64,000 nt of DNA, taken from positions 864,001 to 928,000 of the forward strand of contig CAWDVR010000003.1 in assembly GCA_963805975.1 (NCBI GenBank). The letters run 5' to 3'. Source of the DNA: an uncultured Acidobacteriota bacterium (GTDB taxonomy: Bacteria; Acidobacteriota; Thermoanaerobaculia; Multivoradales; SZUA-115). Within the stretch, counting starts at the first letter, position 1. Each line of letters opens with the position of its first letter. The position numbers and the translations under genes are program-made. The notes under the pieces were generated by a model. It had not been told where the DNA came from, ran no database searches, and saw nothing but the letters and a program-made list of their open reading frames with translations. Shown one piece after another: positions 1 through 8,866 of the stretch.

Positions 1-523
1 CGTTCTCGCCCCGCACCGTGGCGAGGAGCAGCACCGGGATCTCGAGCGGCGAGAGGGAGGGCGCCGCGGTCGCCGCCTGGGCCTCGGCCCGGGCCAGGCG
101 CTCCTCGAGCTCGGCCCGCGCGGCGAGGTGGCGCTCCTCGGCCGCCGCGATCTCGCGCTGCAGGGCCTCGGCGCTCTGCACGCCGCCGGTGATCTCCTGG
201 CGCAGCGCCGCCGCCGCTCGTTCGAGCCGCCGGTTCTGGGACGAGAACCAGAGCGCCGGGAGCGCGGCGAGCGCCAGGAGGCCGAGCGCCGCTCCCCACC
301 GCGCCGCCCGGCCGTGCCGCGCCAGCCAGCCGAGCAGACCGGAGACCACCACCGCCCGGCCGGCGGCGGGGCGGTCGGGGAGGATGCCGATGCCGCGGCC
401 GTAAGCCCGGACCAGGCGGTCCTCGGCTCCGGGCGCGTCGGTGAGGATCGCCGCCACCAGCTCTTGCGGCGGCTCTCGATCCGGGTCGACGCCCGGGTTC
501 CGCGAGCCCTCGTCCCTGGCCAG
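1..523 (-). CDS. Partial ORF running off the window edge: ECF-sigma-like N-terminus joined to an anti-sigma-like TM/coiled-coil region (possible deletion chimera or pseudogene)
   Basis: Manual translation of the minus strand gives ...ELVAAILTDAPGAEDRLVRAYGRGIGIL-PDRPAAG...WGAALGLLALAALPALWF-SSQNRRLERAAAALRQE...PVLLLATVRGEN. No in-frame ATG; a CTG at 523 follows AGAGGG. Confidence 0.5.
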   Translation of the reverse strand, partial: MARDEGSRNPGVDPDREPPQELVAAILTDAPGAEDRLVRAYGRGIGILPDRPAAGRAVVVSGLLGWLARHGRAARWGAALGLLALAALPALWFSSQNRRLERAAAALRQEITGGVQSAEALQREIAAAEERHLAARAELEERLARAEAQAATAAPSLSPLEIPVLLLATVRGEN

Positions 524-621
524 ATGATCCCTCTTTCTCGAATGGTGACGGAGACGATCCTAGCAGCCCGTGCGAAGCCGTTCGCTGGCAACCCTCCGGC
601 CTTCGCTGTAGTGTTCGGCTC

Positions 622-2661
622 GTGCCGCCTCGTTCCGCCGCCTCGCTCCGCGTGCTCGACAACTGCTCCCCGCCTGGCGCCAAGAAGGGGCCCCCGAAGA
701 TGGGGGAGTCGCGCATGGGGAAATGGCGTGCGGCGGCACTCCTTGCCGTCCACGCCGTCATCGCGCTCCACATCGCCCACTGGCTGACCGCCGGCTCGAC
801 CGTCACCCCGGTCGAGCCTTCCGAGGCCATGGCCTTCGGCAAGGCCGGCGTGGTCAACGCCGGCCTGATCTTCTTCGCCGCCGTCATCCTGCTGACCGCC
901 GTCTTCGGCCGCTTTTTCTGCGGCTGGGCCTGTCACCTGGTGGCGCTGCAGGACTTCTGCGGCTGGCTGATGAGCAAGATGGGCATCCGGCCGCGTCCGC
1001 TGCGCTCGCGGCTGCTGCGCGTGGTGCCGGCGCTCGCTTTCTTCTACATGTTCCTGTGGCCGGCCGCCTACCGGCTGTGGATCGGCGACTCCTTTCGCAT
1101 CACCGCGTTCGAGTACACCACCAGTCACTTCTGGTCCACTTTTCCCGGCTGGGTGATCGGCGGCCTGACCTTCCTCACCTGCGGTTTCGCCTGCGTCTAC
1201 TTCCTGGGCGCCAAGGGCTTCTGCACCTATGCCTGCCCCTACGGCGCGATCTTCGCCGCCGCCGACAAGGTGGCGCCGCTGCGCATCCGGGTCACCGACG
1301 CCTGTGTGGGCTGCGGCCATTGCTCCTCGGTCTGCACCTCGAACGTGCGGGTGGCGGAGGAGGTGCGGGACTTCAAGATGGTGGTCGACAGCGGCTGCAT
1401 GAAGTGCCAGGACTGCATCAACGTCTGCCCCACGAACGCCCTCTACCTGGGCTTCGGCGCACCGTCGCTCTTCGCCCGCCCGCGGGTCGAGGCCCGCACG
1501 CCGCGCCGCCCGGTCCTCTCCTGGGGCGAGGAAGCGATCCTCGGCGTGGGCTTCCTCACCGCTTTCGCCACCTTCCGGGGCCTCTATGGCATGGTGCCTT
1601 TCCTGATGGCCCTGGGGCTCGCGGGCGTGCTCGCCTACGTGGTGCTCACCACGGTCCGGCTCGTTCGACAGCGCGACGTCCAGCGCCAGGGCCTGGCGCT
1701 CAAGAGCGAGGGCAAGCTGCTGCCGGCGGGCCGGGGCTTCGTCGCGGTGGCGCTCCTCATCGCCGTCTTCTGGGCCCACAGCGCGGCGGTACGGGCGCAG
1801 AGCTTTCTCGGCGAGCGCTCCTACGCCGGCACCGCCGCTCTGCGCCAGCGGGCACTGGACCCCGCCGCGGCGCCGGGCGGCCTGACCGCGGCCGACAGTG
1901 CGCTGGTGGGCGAAGCCCTCGGCCGCTTCGAGCGCGTCCGCTCTTGGGGTCTGTTCGATACCTACGGCGCCGCGTCGAAGCTCTCCTGGCTGTATTTCCT
2001 CGCCGGCTCCTCCGAGCGCGCCGCGGACTACGCGCGGCAGGCGCTGGAGCAGGAGGAGGCGCCCGCCGAGATGCACCAGCTCCTGGCCCGGGCCGCGCTC
2101 GCGCGCGGTGATCTCCCGGTGGCTATTTCCTCGTATGAACAAGCGATTGCCGCCCAGCCGGGCGCGCCGCAGCCCTATATGGCGCTCGGCATGGCGCTCG
2201 CCGGCCGCGGCGAGCTCGCCGCCGCCGGCGCGGTGTTCGACCGCGGGCGCAGAGCGGTGCCGGGTGCGGTGGACTTGGTCTACAATGCAGGACTCGTACG
2301 AGCTCTGCAAGGCCAGACCGACGCGGCGATCACGCTCTTTCAACAAGCCCTGATGGTCAATCCCCGCTATCTCCCGGCGAGAGAGAACCTCGCCGGCGTG
2401 CTGGCCTCCGCCGGCCGCTACGAGGAGAGCGTGGCCCAGTACCGTGCCGCCCTCGAGCAGGCCGGCAACGACTCCGAGACCCGGTTCCTCCTCGCCCGCG
2501 CCCTCGTCGAGCTGGGCCGGCGGCAGGAAGCCGAGGCCGAGCTCCGGCGCGCGCTGGCGATCGACCCCGGCAACGAGAACGCGCAAACCTTGCTCGCAGA
2601 GCTCCACGCCACCGGCGGCGAGCCGCGAGACAACGCCCTATCGCAGGACGGAGCCCAATGA
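622..2661 (+). CDS. Membrane 4Fe-4S binding protein (NapH/RdxA-like polyferredoxin) with C-terminal TPR repeats
   Basis: GRFFCGWACH and FCTYACPYG motifs, two CxxCxxCxxxC ferredoxin motifs, several TM helices, C-terminal TPR repeats. The start may be the ATG near 699. Confidence 0.85.
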   Translation: MPPRSAASLRVLDNCSPPGAKKGPPKMGESRMGKWRAAALLAVHAVIALHIAHWLTAGSTVTPVEPSEAMAFGKAGVVNAGLIFFAAVILLTAVFGRFFCGWACHLVALQDFCGWLMSKMGIRPRPLRSRLLRVVPALAFFYMFLWPAAYRLWIGDSFRITAFEYTTSHFWSTFPGWVIGGLTFLTCGFACVYFLGAKGFCTYACPYGAIFAAADKVAPLRIRVTDACVGCGHCSSVCTSNVRVAEEVRDFKMVVDSGCMKCQDCINVCPTNALYLGFGAPSLFARPRVEARTPRRPVLSWGEEAILGVGFLTAFATFRGLYGMVPFLMALGLAGVLAYVVLTTVRLVRQRDVQRQGLALKSEGKLLPAGRGFVAVALLIAVFWAHSAAVRAQSFLGERSYAGTAALRQRALDPAAAPGGLTAADSALVGEALGRFERVRSWGLFDTYGAASKLSWLYFLAGSSERAADYARQALEQEEAPAEMHQLLARAALARGDLPVAISSYEQAIAAQPGAPQPYMALGMALAGRGELAAAGAVFDRGRRAVPGAVDLVYNAGLVRALQGQTDAAITLFQQALMVNPRYLPARENLAGVLASAGRYEESVAQYRAALEQAGNDSETRFLLARALVELGRRQEAEAELRRALAIDPGNENAQTLLAELHATGGEPRDNALSQDGAQ

Positions 2662-3962
2662 TGAACGAGAACCAGAGTATCGATGCCCGGCGCCGCAAGC
2701 GGATCCTCGTCGCCTGTGCGGCGGTCGCGGTGATGGTAGCCGCCACGGCGAGCCTCACGGTCGGGGCCGGCTCCACCGGGCCTGATGTCACCGTGTTCAG
2801 CCTCCCCGCCGCCTTCAACTGGGGATCGAGCGGCGGAGTTCGCGGCTACTCGATCGGCACCACCTCGTGCAACATCGGCGATGCGCCCCTCAACTGGTGC
2901 GACAACGGCGGCGGCTGCGGCGCGGGCACCACGGACGAGGACCATCCCGCCATCGCGCAGAACCTCTACCGGCTGAAGGATGGCCGTTTCGAGCAGCTCG
3001 GCATGAGCTGGCTGAAGCACGGCTTCGTCTCCCTCAACACCAGCTCCGCTGGCTGCGGCGACGGGAGCTGCGACCCTCCGCCGCTCGGCGGCAACCAGCT
3101 CGGCGTGGGCTGCACCGATCCCTATGGCTCGAGCAAGAATGGCGGCCGTCCGCTCGGCCGGCGCTCGGAGGTCAACGCCACGACCGGCGAGTTCCCCTTC
3201 CCCTACGGCACGGGAGGTACTGAGAGCGCGCCTGGCGATCAGCGGGTAAAGGTCCTCGAATCGGAGCTCGACCCGGCGCTCAACGCCGGCGCGCGGTACT
3301 TCCTCGAGGGCCAGTACGTGGCCCCGGACGACGCGGCGGCCGGCAACGGCCTCAACAATGCCTCCTACCGCGAGGTGAGCGTGCAGGCCGGCAGCTTCAA
3401 TCTCAGCAACGTGGGCAGCACCGTGCGCGAGGTGCCGGCGATCGCGGTATGGCCGGTGATCGACCCCACGGTCGAGCTGGTCAACGCGGACACCGCCACC
3501 ACGCCTGTCGAGCGCTTCCACGTGGCGCGGAAGGTGACCACCCCCTCGCCCGGCACCTGGCACTACGAGTATGCGATCCACAACATGAACTCGGACCAGG
3601 GGGCGCGCTCCTTCACCATCACCTTCCCCGGCGCGACCACGATCACCAACGTCGGCTTCCGCGACGTGGACCATCACTCCGGCGAGCCCTACGCGACCAC
3701 GAACTGGGTATCGACCGTGGGAGCCAACGGTGTCTCCTGGGCGACCGACGACTTCGCCACCAACGCCAATGCCAACGCGCTGCGCTGGGCGACGCTGTTC
3801 AGCTTCTGGTTCGACGCCAACGCGGGGCCGGGCAGCGTCTCGCACGCGCTCGGACTGTTCAAGAGCGGCGGCACGCTGGCGGTCTCCTTCCCGTTGCAGT
3901 CGGTCTTCGACGACGGCTTCGAGACCGGTGACACCAGCGCCTGGACCCTGATCGTTCCGTAA
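2658..3962 (+). CDS. Secreted Cys/Gly-rich protein with C-terminal 'VFDDGFETGDTSAW' tail (paralog 1)
   Basis: Signal peptide (RRRKRILVACAAVAV...), 4-nt ATGA overlap with the upstream gene, strong similarity to the next gene. Confidence 0.8.
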   Translation: MMNENQSIDARRRKRILVACAAVAVMVAATASLTVGAGSTGPDVTVFSLPAAFNWGSSGGVRGYSIGTTSCNIGDAPLNWCDNGGGCGAGTTDEDHPAIAQNLYRLKDGRFEQLGMSWLKHGFVSLNTSSAGCGDGSCDPPPLGGNQLGVGCTDPYGSSKNGGRPLGRRSEVNATTGEFPFPYGTGGTESAPGDQRVKVLESELDPALNAGARYFLEGQYVAPDDAAAGNGLNNASYREVSVQAGSFNLSNVGSTVREVPAIAVWPVIDPTVELVNADTATTPVERFHVARKVTTPSPGTWHYEYAIHNMNSDQGARSFTITFPGATTITNVGFRDVDHHSGEPYATTNWVSTVGANGVSWATDDFATNANANALRWATLFSFWFDANAGPGSVSHALGLFKSGGTLAVSFPLQSVFDDGFETGDTSAWTLIVP

Positions 3963-3976
3963 AGGGGGACGAGGAA

Positions 3977-5281
3977 ATGAGACCGCTCTCGCACCTGCTG
4001 CGCCGGCCCGCGTTCGTCTCCGTGCTCGGGCTCCTGGTGGCCGGTGCGGCCGCGGTCTCGATCCTCCCGGCCACGGCCGGTACGACAGGCCCGGACGTCA
4101 CGGTCTTCACCCTTTCCGGGACCACCAACTACGGGTCGAGCGCCGGGGTGCGCGGCTACTCGATCGGCACCGTCTCCTGCAACCAGGGCGATGCCCCCCT
4201 CAACTGGTGTGACAACACGGGCGGCTGCGGGCAGGGCACCAAGGCCGAGGACCACCCGGTCATCGCCCAGAACCTCTACCGGTTGAAAGGTGGGCGCTTC
4301 GAGCAGATCGGCATGAGCTGGCTGAAGCACGGCTTCACCTCGCTCAACCAGAGCGCGAGCGGCTGCGGCAGCGGCGGCTGCACCGGGCCGCCGCTCGGTG
4401 GCAACCAGCTCGGCGTGGGCTGCACCGATCCCTATGGCTCCAGCCTGAACGGCAGCCGGCCCCTGGGCAAGCGCTCCGAGGTCAACGCCACCACCGGCGT
4501 CTTTCCCTTCCCGTACGGGGGCGGCGGCAGCAGCCAGTCCCAGCCCGCCGACCAGCGGGTACGGGTGCTGGAGTCGGAGCTCGACCCGGCGCTCAACACG
4601 GGCGCGCGCTACTTCCTCGAAGGCCAGTACGTGGCCCCGGACGATGCCGCGGCCGGCAACGGCCTGAACAACGCCTCCTACCGCGAGGTGAGCGTCGAGG
4701 CCGGCACCTTCAACCTCGGCTTCGTGGGCAACACGGTCCGCGAGCAGTCGGCGATCGAGGCCTGGGCGGCGATCGATCCGGGCGTCGAGCGGCTGAACGT
4801 CGACCGCGCGGGGAGCATCCTCCAGCGCTTCGAAGTGGCGCGCAAGGTGACGCACCCCTCGCCCGGCACCTGGCACTACGAGTACGCGATCCACAACTTG
4901 AACTCGGACCACTCGGCGCGCGCTTTCGCCCTGAGCTTCCCGGCGCCCACCGCCGTCACCAACGTGGGCTTCCGGGACGTGGACCACCACTCGGGCGAGC
5001 CCTACGCGGGGACGGATTGGGCCTCGACGGCGGGAGCGCAGGGCGTCACCTGGGCGAGCGAAGACTTCGCCACCAATGCCAACGCCAACGCCTTGCGCTG
5101 GGGCACGATGTTCAGCTTCTGGTTCGACGCCGGCACGGGCCCGAGCGGCATCCAGCACACCCTCGAGCTCTTCAAGCCGGCGGGCGGAGCGCCGCTGCCC
5201 TTCGCCTTCGCGACCGACATCTTCGCCGACGGTTTCGAGACCGGCAACACCAGCGCCTGGACCGAGACGATCCACAAGTAA
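3977..5281 (+). CDS. Secreted Cys/Gly-rich protein with C-terminal 'IFADGFETGNTSAW' tail (paralog 2)
   Basis: GAGG RBS, signal peptide, same length (434 aa) and shared blocks with paralog 1 (QNLYRLK, MSWLKHGF, LGVGCTDPYG, NNASYREV). Confidence 0.8.
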   Translation: MRPLSHLLRRPAFVSVLGLLVAGAAAVSILPATAGTTGPDVTVFTLSGTTNYGSSAGVRGYSIGTVSCNQGDAPLNWCDNTGGCGQGTKAEDHPVIAQNLYRLKGGRFEQIGMSWLKHGFTSLNQSASGCGSGGCTGPPLGGNQLGVGCTDPYGSSLNGSRPLGKRSEVNATTGVFPFPYGGGGSSQSQPADQRVRVLESELDPALNTGARYFLEGQYVAPDDAAAGNGLNNASYREVSVEAGTFNLGFVGNTVREQSAIEAWAAIDPGVERLNVDRAGSILQRFEVARKVTHPSPGTWHYEYAIHNLNSDHSARAFALSFPAPTAVTNVGFRDVDHHSGEPYAGTDWASTAGAQGVTWASEDFATNANANALRWGTMFSFWFDAGTGPSGIQHTLELFKPAGGAPLPFAFATDIFADGFETGNTSAWTETIHK

Positions 5282-5317
5282 CGTGCCCCCCGCCGCTTTG
5301 GGCGGCGGGATCGCCAA

Positions 5318-6256
5318 ATGGGCGAGCCCAACCCCGAGCTCCTCGTCCTCGCCGCCGGCCTGGGCTCGCGCTATGGCGGCCTGAAGCAGCTCGAGCCCCT
5401 GGGGCCGGGGGGCGAGGTGCTGATGGACTACGGCGTCTTCGACGCGGCACGGGCCGGCGTCGAGCGCGTGGTCTTCGTGCTGCGCCGCGAGATGGAGCGC
5501 GAGTTCCACCAGCGCCTCGGCCGGCGCTATGCGCGCCGGCTCGAGGTGGCCTACGCGTTCCAGGAGATCGACGACCTGCCGCCGGGGTCCGCCGTGCCCG
5601 CGGCGCGCACCAAGCCCTGGGGCACGGCACACGCGGTGCTGTCCGCGGAGCAGGCCCTGCGGGCGCCCTTCCTGGTCGCCAACGCCGACGACTTCTACGG
5701 TGCCGAGGGTTTCCGCCTGTTGGTGCAGTTCCTGCGCCGGGGGAGTGGAGGAGGGGCGGGCGAGGGGGCACTGCGCTTCGCCATGGTGGGCTTCGAGCTG
5801 CGGCGCACCCTTTCCGAGCACGGGCCGGTGTCGCGCGGGGTCTGCGAGGTGACCGCCGAGGGGTTGCTCGCCTCCGTGGTCGAGCACACGGCGCTCGAGC
5901 CCTGGGGCGATGGTGCCCGCGAGGCGACCGCCGGCGGCGGCTGGCGCACCTTCACCGGCCGCGAGCCGGTGTCGCTCAACCTCTGGGGCCTCACTCCCGG
6001 CATCTTCCCGGAGCTCAGCGAGCGCTTCGAGCGCTTTCTGGCGGCGCGCTCCGCCGACCCCAAGGCCGAGCTCTACCTGCCGGCGGTGGTCGACGAGCTG
6101 ATCCGTGAGCGGCGGTCCACCGTGACCGTGCTGCCGTCGTCGGCACAGTGGTTCGGGGTCACCTACCGCGAGGACCGCGAGCGCGTGGCGCGGCACCTCG
6201 CCGCTCTGGTCGAAGCGGGGGAGTACCCGGCTCCGCTCTGGGACGGAGCGGCGTGA
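5318..6256 (+). CDS. Sugar-phosphate nucleotidyltransferase (NTP_transferase family)
   Basis: LAAGLGSRYGGLKQ, KPWGTAHAVL, ANADDFYG and WFGVTY motifs. Confidence 0.88.
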   Translation: MGEPNPELLVLAAGLGSRYGGLKQLEPLGPGGEVLMDYGVFDAARAGVERVVFVLRREMEREFHQRLGRRYARRLEVAYAFQEIDDLPPGSAVPAARTKPWGTAHAVLSAEQALRAPFLVANADDFYGAEGFRLLVQFLRRGSGGGAGEGALRFAMVGFELRRTLSEHGPVSRGVCEVTAEGLLASVVEHTALEPWGDGAREATAGGGWRTFTGREPVSLNLWGLTPGIFPELSERFERFLAARSADPKAELYLPAVVDELIRERRSTVTVLPSSAQWFGVTYREDRERVARHLAALVEAGEYPAPLWDGAA

Positions 6257-7356
6257 TCGCGCGTCCTCTCGCGACCGTGGGGGCAGGCTTCGAGCTCGAA
6301 GGCCGCTTCGTCCATGCCACGCCCCACGGCAGCGGCCATATGAACGAGACCTACGCGGTGACCCTGGAGCAAGGCGGGGCGCGCTGCCGCTACGTTCTGC
6401 AGCGCCTCAACAGCCACGTCTTCACCGACCCGCAAGCCATGATGGCCAACGTCGAGCGGGTGACGCGGCACCTCTCGGCGCAGCTCGAAGCCGAGGGCGT
6501 GCCGGACGTCGACCGGCGAGTGCTCAGCTGGGTCCCGGCGCGTGGCGGCGGCCTCCTCTTCCGTGATCCGGAGGGCGCCGCGTGGCGTGCCTGCCGCTTC
6601 GTCGAGGGGGCCCGCTCGGTCGACGTGCCGGAATCTCCACGCCAGGCCTACGAGGCGGCGCGTGCCTTCGGCCTCTTCCAGCTCCGTCTGCTGGAGCTGC
6701 CGGCGGCGAGCCTCGGGGTGACGCTCCCCGGCTTCCACCACACCGTCGAGCGCCTGGGCCACTTCCGCGCCGTGCTGGCCGCGGACCCCGCCGGGCGCGC
6801 CGCCTCCTGCGGCCCCGAGATCGAGCTCGCCCTGTCGCGCGAGGAGCTGGCCGCGAGCCTCCTCGACCTGGCCGCCGCCGGCGCCATGCCCTGGCGCGTC
6901 ACCCACAACGACTGCAAGGTGAACAACGTGCTGCTCGACGACGCCACCGGTGAGGGCCTGTGCGTCGTCGACCTCGACACCGTGATGCCGGGGCTCGCGC
7001 TCTGGGACTTCGGCGATCTGGTGCGCACCGCCACCTGCCGGGCCGCCGAGGACGAGCGCGCTCTCGGCCGGGTGGAGGTGGAGCCGGAGCTGTTCGCGGC
7101 CGTGGCCCGCGGCTACCTCTCGGCCATGGGGCCGTACCTCACCGCCGCCGAGCGGGATCACTTGGTGACGGCGGGCCAGCTCATCACTTTCGAGACCGGC
7201 CTGCGGTTCCTGACCGATCATCTGGATGGCGACCGCTACTTCCGCATCCACCGGCCGGGCCACAATCTGGACCGTTGCCGCAGCCAGTTCGCGCTGCTCG
7301 CCTCGCTCGAACGGCGCGAGGCGGAGCTCTCGCGGCTGGCCGCGGGCCCGTTCTGA
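6253..7356 (+). CDS. Aminoglycoside-phosphotransferase-fold sugar kinase (N-acetylhexosamine 1-kinase-like)
   Basis: GSGHMNETY, YVLQRLN, THNDCKVNN, VVDLDTVMPG and DFGD motifs. The GTG start overlaps the upstream stop (GTGA). Confidence 0.85.
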   Translation: MIARPLATVGAGFELEGRFVHATPHGSGHMNETYAVTLEQGGARCRYVLQRLNSHVFTDPQAMMANVERVTRHLSAQLEAEGVPDVDRRVLSWVPARGGGLLFRDPEGAAWRACRFVEGARSVDVPESPRQAYEAARAFGLFQLRLLELPAASLGVTLPGFHHTVERLGHFRAVLAADPAGRAASCGPEIELALSREELAASLLDLAAAGAMPWRVTHNDCKVNNVLLDDATGEGLCVVDLDTVMPGLALWDFGDLVRTATCRAAEDERALGRVEVEPELFAAVARGYLSAMGPYLTAAERDHLVTAGQLITFETGLRFLTDHLDGDRYFRIHRPGHNLDRCRSQFALLASLERREAELSRLAAGPF

Positions 7357-7367
7357 TCTCCTGACCG

Positions 7368-8315
7368 CTACAGGTCCACGACTCTCGAGCCCTGCTCCTG
7401 GTCGGTGTCGAGCTCGCCGCTGACCGTGAAGCCCAGCCTGGGAGGGCTCACCAGGCGCAGGCCATAGGTGTCGCCGATCGAGCCTTCCACCAGCCACTGC
7501 ACCAGGTGCTGGCCGGGCTCGATCGTCACCGGCAGTGACTCGTCCTCCCGCCAGGAGAGCATGCGGCCGTCGATGTCGACGTCCAGCCGCCGCGCCGTGC
7601 CGAAGCGGCGGACGACCACCTCGACTCCGGCTGGACCAGGCGATGGGGCGGCGGTGGCTGCCGCCGGCGCCGCGGGAGCCTCGGCAGGAGCTGGCGTGGG
7701 GGCCGGAGCGGGAGTCTTGGGCCGAGCCGGAGCCTTGGTGGGCGCAGGAGCCTTGGGCTTCGGACTGGCCGGGGTTGCCGCCTTGGCTACGGGAATCGGC
7801 TTGCGCTTCATAACCGGCTTCGGGGCCGGCCTGGGCACGGGCTTGGGAGACCGCTTGGGGGCGGCTTTGGGTTTGACCGCAGCTCGGGCTCGGCTCGGCG
7901 CCTTCGACTTCGGGGCCGGCTTGGTGGCGGCCTTCGGCCGGGCCGCCGGCTTCGCTGCCTTGGCCGAGGTCTTGGCCTTGCCGGCGGCGACCTTGGTGAC
8001 GGGCTTCTTCGCCTTGGCGGCCGGCCGCTTGGCCGCGGCCTTCGCGGCTCCGCGCCCGGTCTTGACGGCGGTCGCGCGGGCTGCCGGCTTCGCCTTGATC
8101 GGGGATTTCTTTGCGGGGGCCTTCTTGCCGGCGGCAGGCTTGCGAGCCGCGGGCCGCTTGGCGGCAGCGCCCTTCTTCGGCGCCGGGGTCTTCGGTGTCG
8201 GCTTCTTCGTCGTCGCCTTCTTCTTGGCCGCGGTCTTCTGAGCCTTGGCGGCGGGCTTGCCCGCTCCGCTGGTCCGGCCGGCCTGCTTCTTAGCGCTCTT
8301 CTTCACAGTTGCCAT
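7368..8315 (-). CDS. Lys/Ala/Pro-rich histone H1-like protein with a small C-terminal globular domain
   Basis: ATG at 8315 after GGAGGG. About 230 aa of KPAAK/AKK repeats, then an approximately 85 aa beta-rich domain. Confidence 0.75.
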   Translation of the reverse strand: MATVKKSAKKQAGRTSGAGKPAAKAQKTAAKKKATTKKPTPKTPAPKKGAAAKRPAARKPAAGKKAPAKKSPIKAKPAARATAVKTGRGAAKAAAKRPAAKAKKPVTKVAAGKAKTSAKAAKPAARPKAATKPAPKSKAPSRARAAVKPKAAPKRSPKPVPRPAPKPVMKRKPIPVAKAATPASPKPKAPAPTKAPARPKTPAPAPTPAPAEAPAAPAAATAAPSPGPAGVEVVVRRFGTARRLDVDIDGRMLSWREDESLPVTIEPGQHLVQWLVEGSIGDTYGLRLVSPPRLGFTVSGELDTDQEQGSRVVDL

Positions 8316-8429
8316 GGCTTCCCTCCGTGGACGGTTTCGACTCCGCGACCGAGCGCCGGAGGCGGCCGGCGGAACCTTTCGGCCGCACCACCCGAGCCCA
8401 GGTTTTCGTTCGCGCAAGCATAGCCGCAG

Positions 8430-8457
8430 TTCCACACCCAAGGCGCTGGTGTAATAT
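8430..8457 (+). promoter_or_regulatory. Putative sigma70 promoter of tRNA-His
   Basis: TTCCAC-N16-TAATAT about 12 nt upstream of the tRNA. Confidence 0.45.
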
Positions 8458-8469
8458 CCCGGCCCCTGG

Positions 8470-8546
8470 GCCGGCTTAGCTCAGTTGGCAAGAGCGCCTG
8501 ACTGTGGATCAGGAGGTCTCCGGTTCAAGTCCGGAAGCCGGTACCA
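8470..8546 (+). tRNA. tRNA-His (GUG), CCA encoded
   Basis: Acceptor stem GCCGGCT/AGCCGGT, D arm AGCTCAGTTGGCAAGAGC, anticodon arm CCTGA-CT GTG GA-TCAGG, T arm GGTTCAAGTCC, 3' end ACCA. Confidence 0.96.
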
Positions 8547-8824
8547 TTTTGCTTTGGCGTGCTTCGAGAGCTGTAAGTCCTTGAAAAGTAAGCAGGTAGC
8601 GGCGGTTTTAAAACCCTCCTGCTGATAGGCGAGCCCTTGAGGGAAGATGGTTGCCTGGAGGCGCTGCTTCTGCTCGGGAGCCGCCTCCCGCCAGAGACCG
8701 CCGGGTCGCTCCGCACTAGGGTGGCGAAGTTGAGCAGGCCCTCCAGATCCACGGGTTCCTCGATTTCCTCCGCCAGCCCAGCCTTGCCCTCCATCTCCAG
8801 TAGGGAAGGTCGCGAGCGAGGCAC
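8481..8824 (-). pseudogene. Frameshifted C-terminal remnant of a site-specific (large serine-type) recombinase reading into the tRNA
   Basis: Two frames join to give VDLEGLLNFATLV..GGLWREAAPEQKQRLQATIFPQGLAYQQEGFKTAATCLLF, which resembles recombinase C-terminal tails. The frame runs antisense into the tRNA 3' end. Confidence 0.55.
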
Positions 8825-8866
8825 GCCGCAGTACGCGAGGCCTGCTCCGAGCCAACTTGGGTCAGT

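Noticed and set aside
5288-5308. GC hairpin CCCGCCGC-tttgg-GCGGCGGG as an intrinsic terminator
   Set aside because: There is no U-tract and the next gene starts about 10 nt later. It may be a stability hairpin, but this is unsupported.
8531-8546. Second att copy (tRNA 3' end duplication) delimiting the island
   Set aside because: I could not find a repeat of this sequence in the window by eye, so the island's right boundary is undefined.
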